DNA of 64,000 bases from Planctomycetota bacterium (GTDB lineage: Bacteria > Planctomycetota > GCA-002687715 > DRQF01), in assembly GCA_036479435.1 (NCBI GenBank), contig JAZGFI010000271.1:1-64000 (forward strand). The letters run 5' to 3'. The position numbers and the translations under genes were made by a program. Shown here in pieces: positions 61,893 to 64,000 of the stretch. The notes below the pieces were generated by a model. The model was not told where the DNA came from, did no database searches, and was given only the letters and a program-made list of their open reading frames with translations. How positions within the stretch are numbered: position 1 is the stretch's first letter; each line of letters opens with the position of its first letter.

Positions 61893-63077
61893 TCAATTCG
61901 CGGATGCGGGCTCCTCGGCTTTCGCCTTGGCCTTGGCTTTGGCCTTGGCTTTGGCCTTAGCCTGTGCTTGCCAAGGAGTCTGAGCTCTTTTGTCTAAGCA
62001 AGCCTGCAGAGCTTTTCTGACCGCGGGTTCGAGCGCGTCAAATCTCTTTTTGGCTTCCACATTGAACTGCTTTGTCAACTCAGCCATGGGGCTTATGGGA
62101 TCGACAACACGGGGAATCGCCAAAGTCCAGTCCTTGTAGTCTTTGGTCATTCGATCCCACTTCGGCTTCTTTCCAAAGACCTGGGGAATGGTCTTTTTGA
62201 TCGAGTGTTGATCGAGGAAAACACTCACGAACCTCGGAACATACTTTTTCTTTTTGTATTTGGGGTGTTCCATCAGGAAATGCACAAACAGTGCACCCTG
62301 TGCGTAGTGCAGGCTTGAGTTCGCGTAGTAACGGCGCTGCTCGTATTGGACGAACATCTCCAAGGGCGTGATGGCGTCGCCCAGCAAGGCGCGTTGGATG
62401 GTGGCCAAGCGGATGTCGTTCGGCGACCCCACGATGAATTTCTTTTTGTTCTTGGGATCGACGTAGGCCGAATAAAAATACTCGGCGATGCCTTCGTCGC
62501 ACCAAGCCGGGAAGTGCACCTTCGAACCACAATTGTAGTGAAAGTATTGGTGCCAACCCTCATGGCACATCACGCCCAGCACGTCCATGGAATTGCGTTG
62601 CCGCCATTCCTCGAAGGTGTTTTTTCCCCCGGAGGTCGCTTGGCTGCGGACCTTGCCTCCGGCGACCCCCGTGTCGTAGCCGACCATTTCGCCGATGCTC
62701 GGTGAGAAATAGGCCGCCGCTCCGGCGGGTGCCCCATAGTCCATAAAGTGCTTTCGAGTTCTAAACAGTTTAACGACCATGCGATTCTTCAGCGTCTTGC
62801 GCGGACGAAGCATGGTCTTAAAGACCTTGGCCATCGAGTTGAGGTGCGTCATCGTCTGCTTCGACAACTCATCGTCGCAATTCGTCTGAAGCTCGTAGCG
62901 ACCCTTCCAAATCCGGCGATAGCCGTCTGGAATCCCGTCTGAAGTCTTCCAACGGCCCTTTTCGAGCTCTGTCGGATGGACTTCATCCTTGGTCTTTTGC
63001 GCCTGAGCGGGGATGACGGCAACAAGAAAGCCGGTCAAAACCAGCGCTGCCGCCCCTAAGGTGTACCTGGAAAACAT
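61893..63077 (-). CDS. Secreted DUF1570-like zincin (HExxH) protein
   Basis: Signal peptide, HEGWHQY, PAWCDEGIAEYF, YAQG...VHFL; C-terminal (AK)n tract. Confidence 0.8.
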   Translation of the reverse strand: MFSRYTLGAAALVLTGFLVAVIPAQAQKTKDEVHPTELEKGRWKTSDGIPDGYRRIWKGRYELQTNCDDELSKQTMTHLNSMAKVFKTMLRPRKTLKNRMVVKLFRTRKHFMDYGAPAGAAAYFSPSIGEMVGYDTGVAGGKVRSQATSGGKNTFEEWRQRNSMDVLGVMCHEGWHQYFHYNCGSKVHFPAWCDEGIAEYFYSAYVDPKNKKKFIVGSPNDIRLATIQRALLGDAITPLEMFVQYEQRRYYANSSLHYAQGALFVHFLMEHPKYKKKKYVPRFVSVFLDQHSIKKTIPQVFGKKPKWDRMTKDYKDWTLAIPRVVDPISPMAELTKQFNVEAKKRFDALEPAVRKALQACLDKRAQTPWQAQAKAKAKAKAKAKAKAEEPASAN

Positions 63078-63427
63078 GTTTCTTTCCTCGCCGTGAAGTG
63101 CCCACAGTCTTAGACAACGGACCACTGGGCGCAAGCTTGCAGGTTTTCCTGGGTATTTTCCCGCTATCTTGTGCTTTCTGGTGTCTTTTCGTCTCCGCCC
63201 AACAACTTGTGGTATTTGCGGTAGCCGATGTCCTTTTGCAGCGCTATGATCCGGATTCTTCCTTGGGGGAGATGAGATCGGTTGGAACCCAGAACGCAGA
63301 AGATCTGCCGCCTTGTTCGTTTCGGGCCAGTATTGGCCCGATTCCGGTCCCCACTCTCCCGACGCTCCGTAGTCTCCCCATACTGCGGCAGCTTTCTTGC
63401 GAACCCTCTGAATCGGGCCCCAACGCC

Positions 63428-64000
63428 ATGAGACTTCGTTTTCTCCATTTGGCCGACGTCTTTCTGGGCTGCCAAAATCTATACCTGGGTGATCGAGCCC
63501 GCGACCGTAACGACGATTTTCGCGCTTCGTTTCGCGATGCCATCGAGTACGCGCTCAACCCACGTCACGAGATTGATGGCGTCCTTATTAGCGGCAACCT
63601 GTTCGATTCCCATCGGCCGAGCGAAGACCTTTGGAATTTCGCCAAGGGGCTTTTGAGCCGATTGCTCGCCAAAGACATCTTGGTGGCGATCGTTCCCGGA
63701 CAACACGACAGCTACGCCTACAAGCACTCGGTGTGGAGGACGGAACGGCTGCCCGGCGTTGAACTTCTTCTCGACACCATTCCCAGCGAGGCTCGGGTCC
63801 ACAGCATTCGCGGGCAACGCGTGTTCTTATACGGGCTCGCCTACGTCCCTGGCCAAACACCACTGCCGCTCCCCGACTTTCCACGGAATGACGAAAAAGG
63901 CCTCCACATCGCCTTAGTCCATGGCCGTGAGGCGGCGGGCGCCAGCGCCCAGCGCGAGCTGACGGCAGACTTGGCGATCGACCTCGACCGATTGGGCAAC
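63428..64000 (+). CDS. SbcD/Mre11-like metallophosphoesterase-fold protein, degenerate, truncated by the window end
   Basis: My translation: MRLRFLHLADVFLG...VLISGNLFDS...VPGQHDS...IALVHG; open to the window end and absent from the ORF track. Confidence 0.8.
   Translation, partial: MRLRFLHLADVFLGCQNLYLGDRARDRNDDFRASFRDAIEYALNPRHEIDGVLISGNLFDSHRPSEDLWNFAKGLLSRLLAKDILVAIVPGQHDSYAYKHSVWRTERLPGVELLLDTIPSEARVHSIRGQRVFLYGLAYVPGQTPLPLPDFPRNDEKGLHIALVHGREAAGASAQRELTADLAIDLDRLGN

Noticed and set aside
61915..61960. (AK)n hexamer repeat at the C-terminus of the DUF1570-like gene
   Set aside because: In-frame low-complexity tail; length changes would not alter the frame

Overview
This is a GC-rich bacterial window from a Planctomycetota genome. 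The 16S contains the Pla46 site and the AGGGTTTGATC 5' variant, and its EUB338 site is not the Planctomycetales type, which suggests a deeper lineage. The first 6.2 kb hold a complete minus-strand rRNA operon (16S-tRNA-Ile-tRNA-Ala-23S-5S) with three tandem promoters; its distal end is AT-rich and possibly chimeric. Next come an Fe-S/MBL-hydrolase fusion, a LysM L,D-transpeptidase, and a predicted 6S RNA lying tail-to-tail with rnpB. A long minus-strand run follows: pilB-pilT-pilB-pilC, histidine kinase, HTH protein, OmpA, FGE-like protein, rsmA, dnaG, rpoD, Zn-ribbon protein and a CapK-like ligase. The middle holds an S9 peptidase, yebC, a short Ski2/HelY-like helicase and an accessory islet (ParD-like/VapC, ALDC-like lipoprotein, frameshifted IPT gene). 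After that lies a seven-gene overlapping operon: three radical SAM enzymes, a carbamoyltransferase, a GT9, a TMTC-like GT-C and a secreted protein. The last part has ssb, PilZ, prmC/prfA, a B3/B4 protein, DUF547, a PilZ/PilT/DUF4388-pseudo-PilT module, secreted proteins and a degenerate SbcD-like gene cut by the window end. The best candidates for undescribed systems are the radical SAM/glycosylation operon, the DUF4388-pseudo-ATPase module and the Fe-S/MBL fusion. All calls are by eye from motifs; no searches were run.
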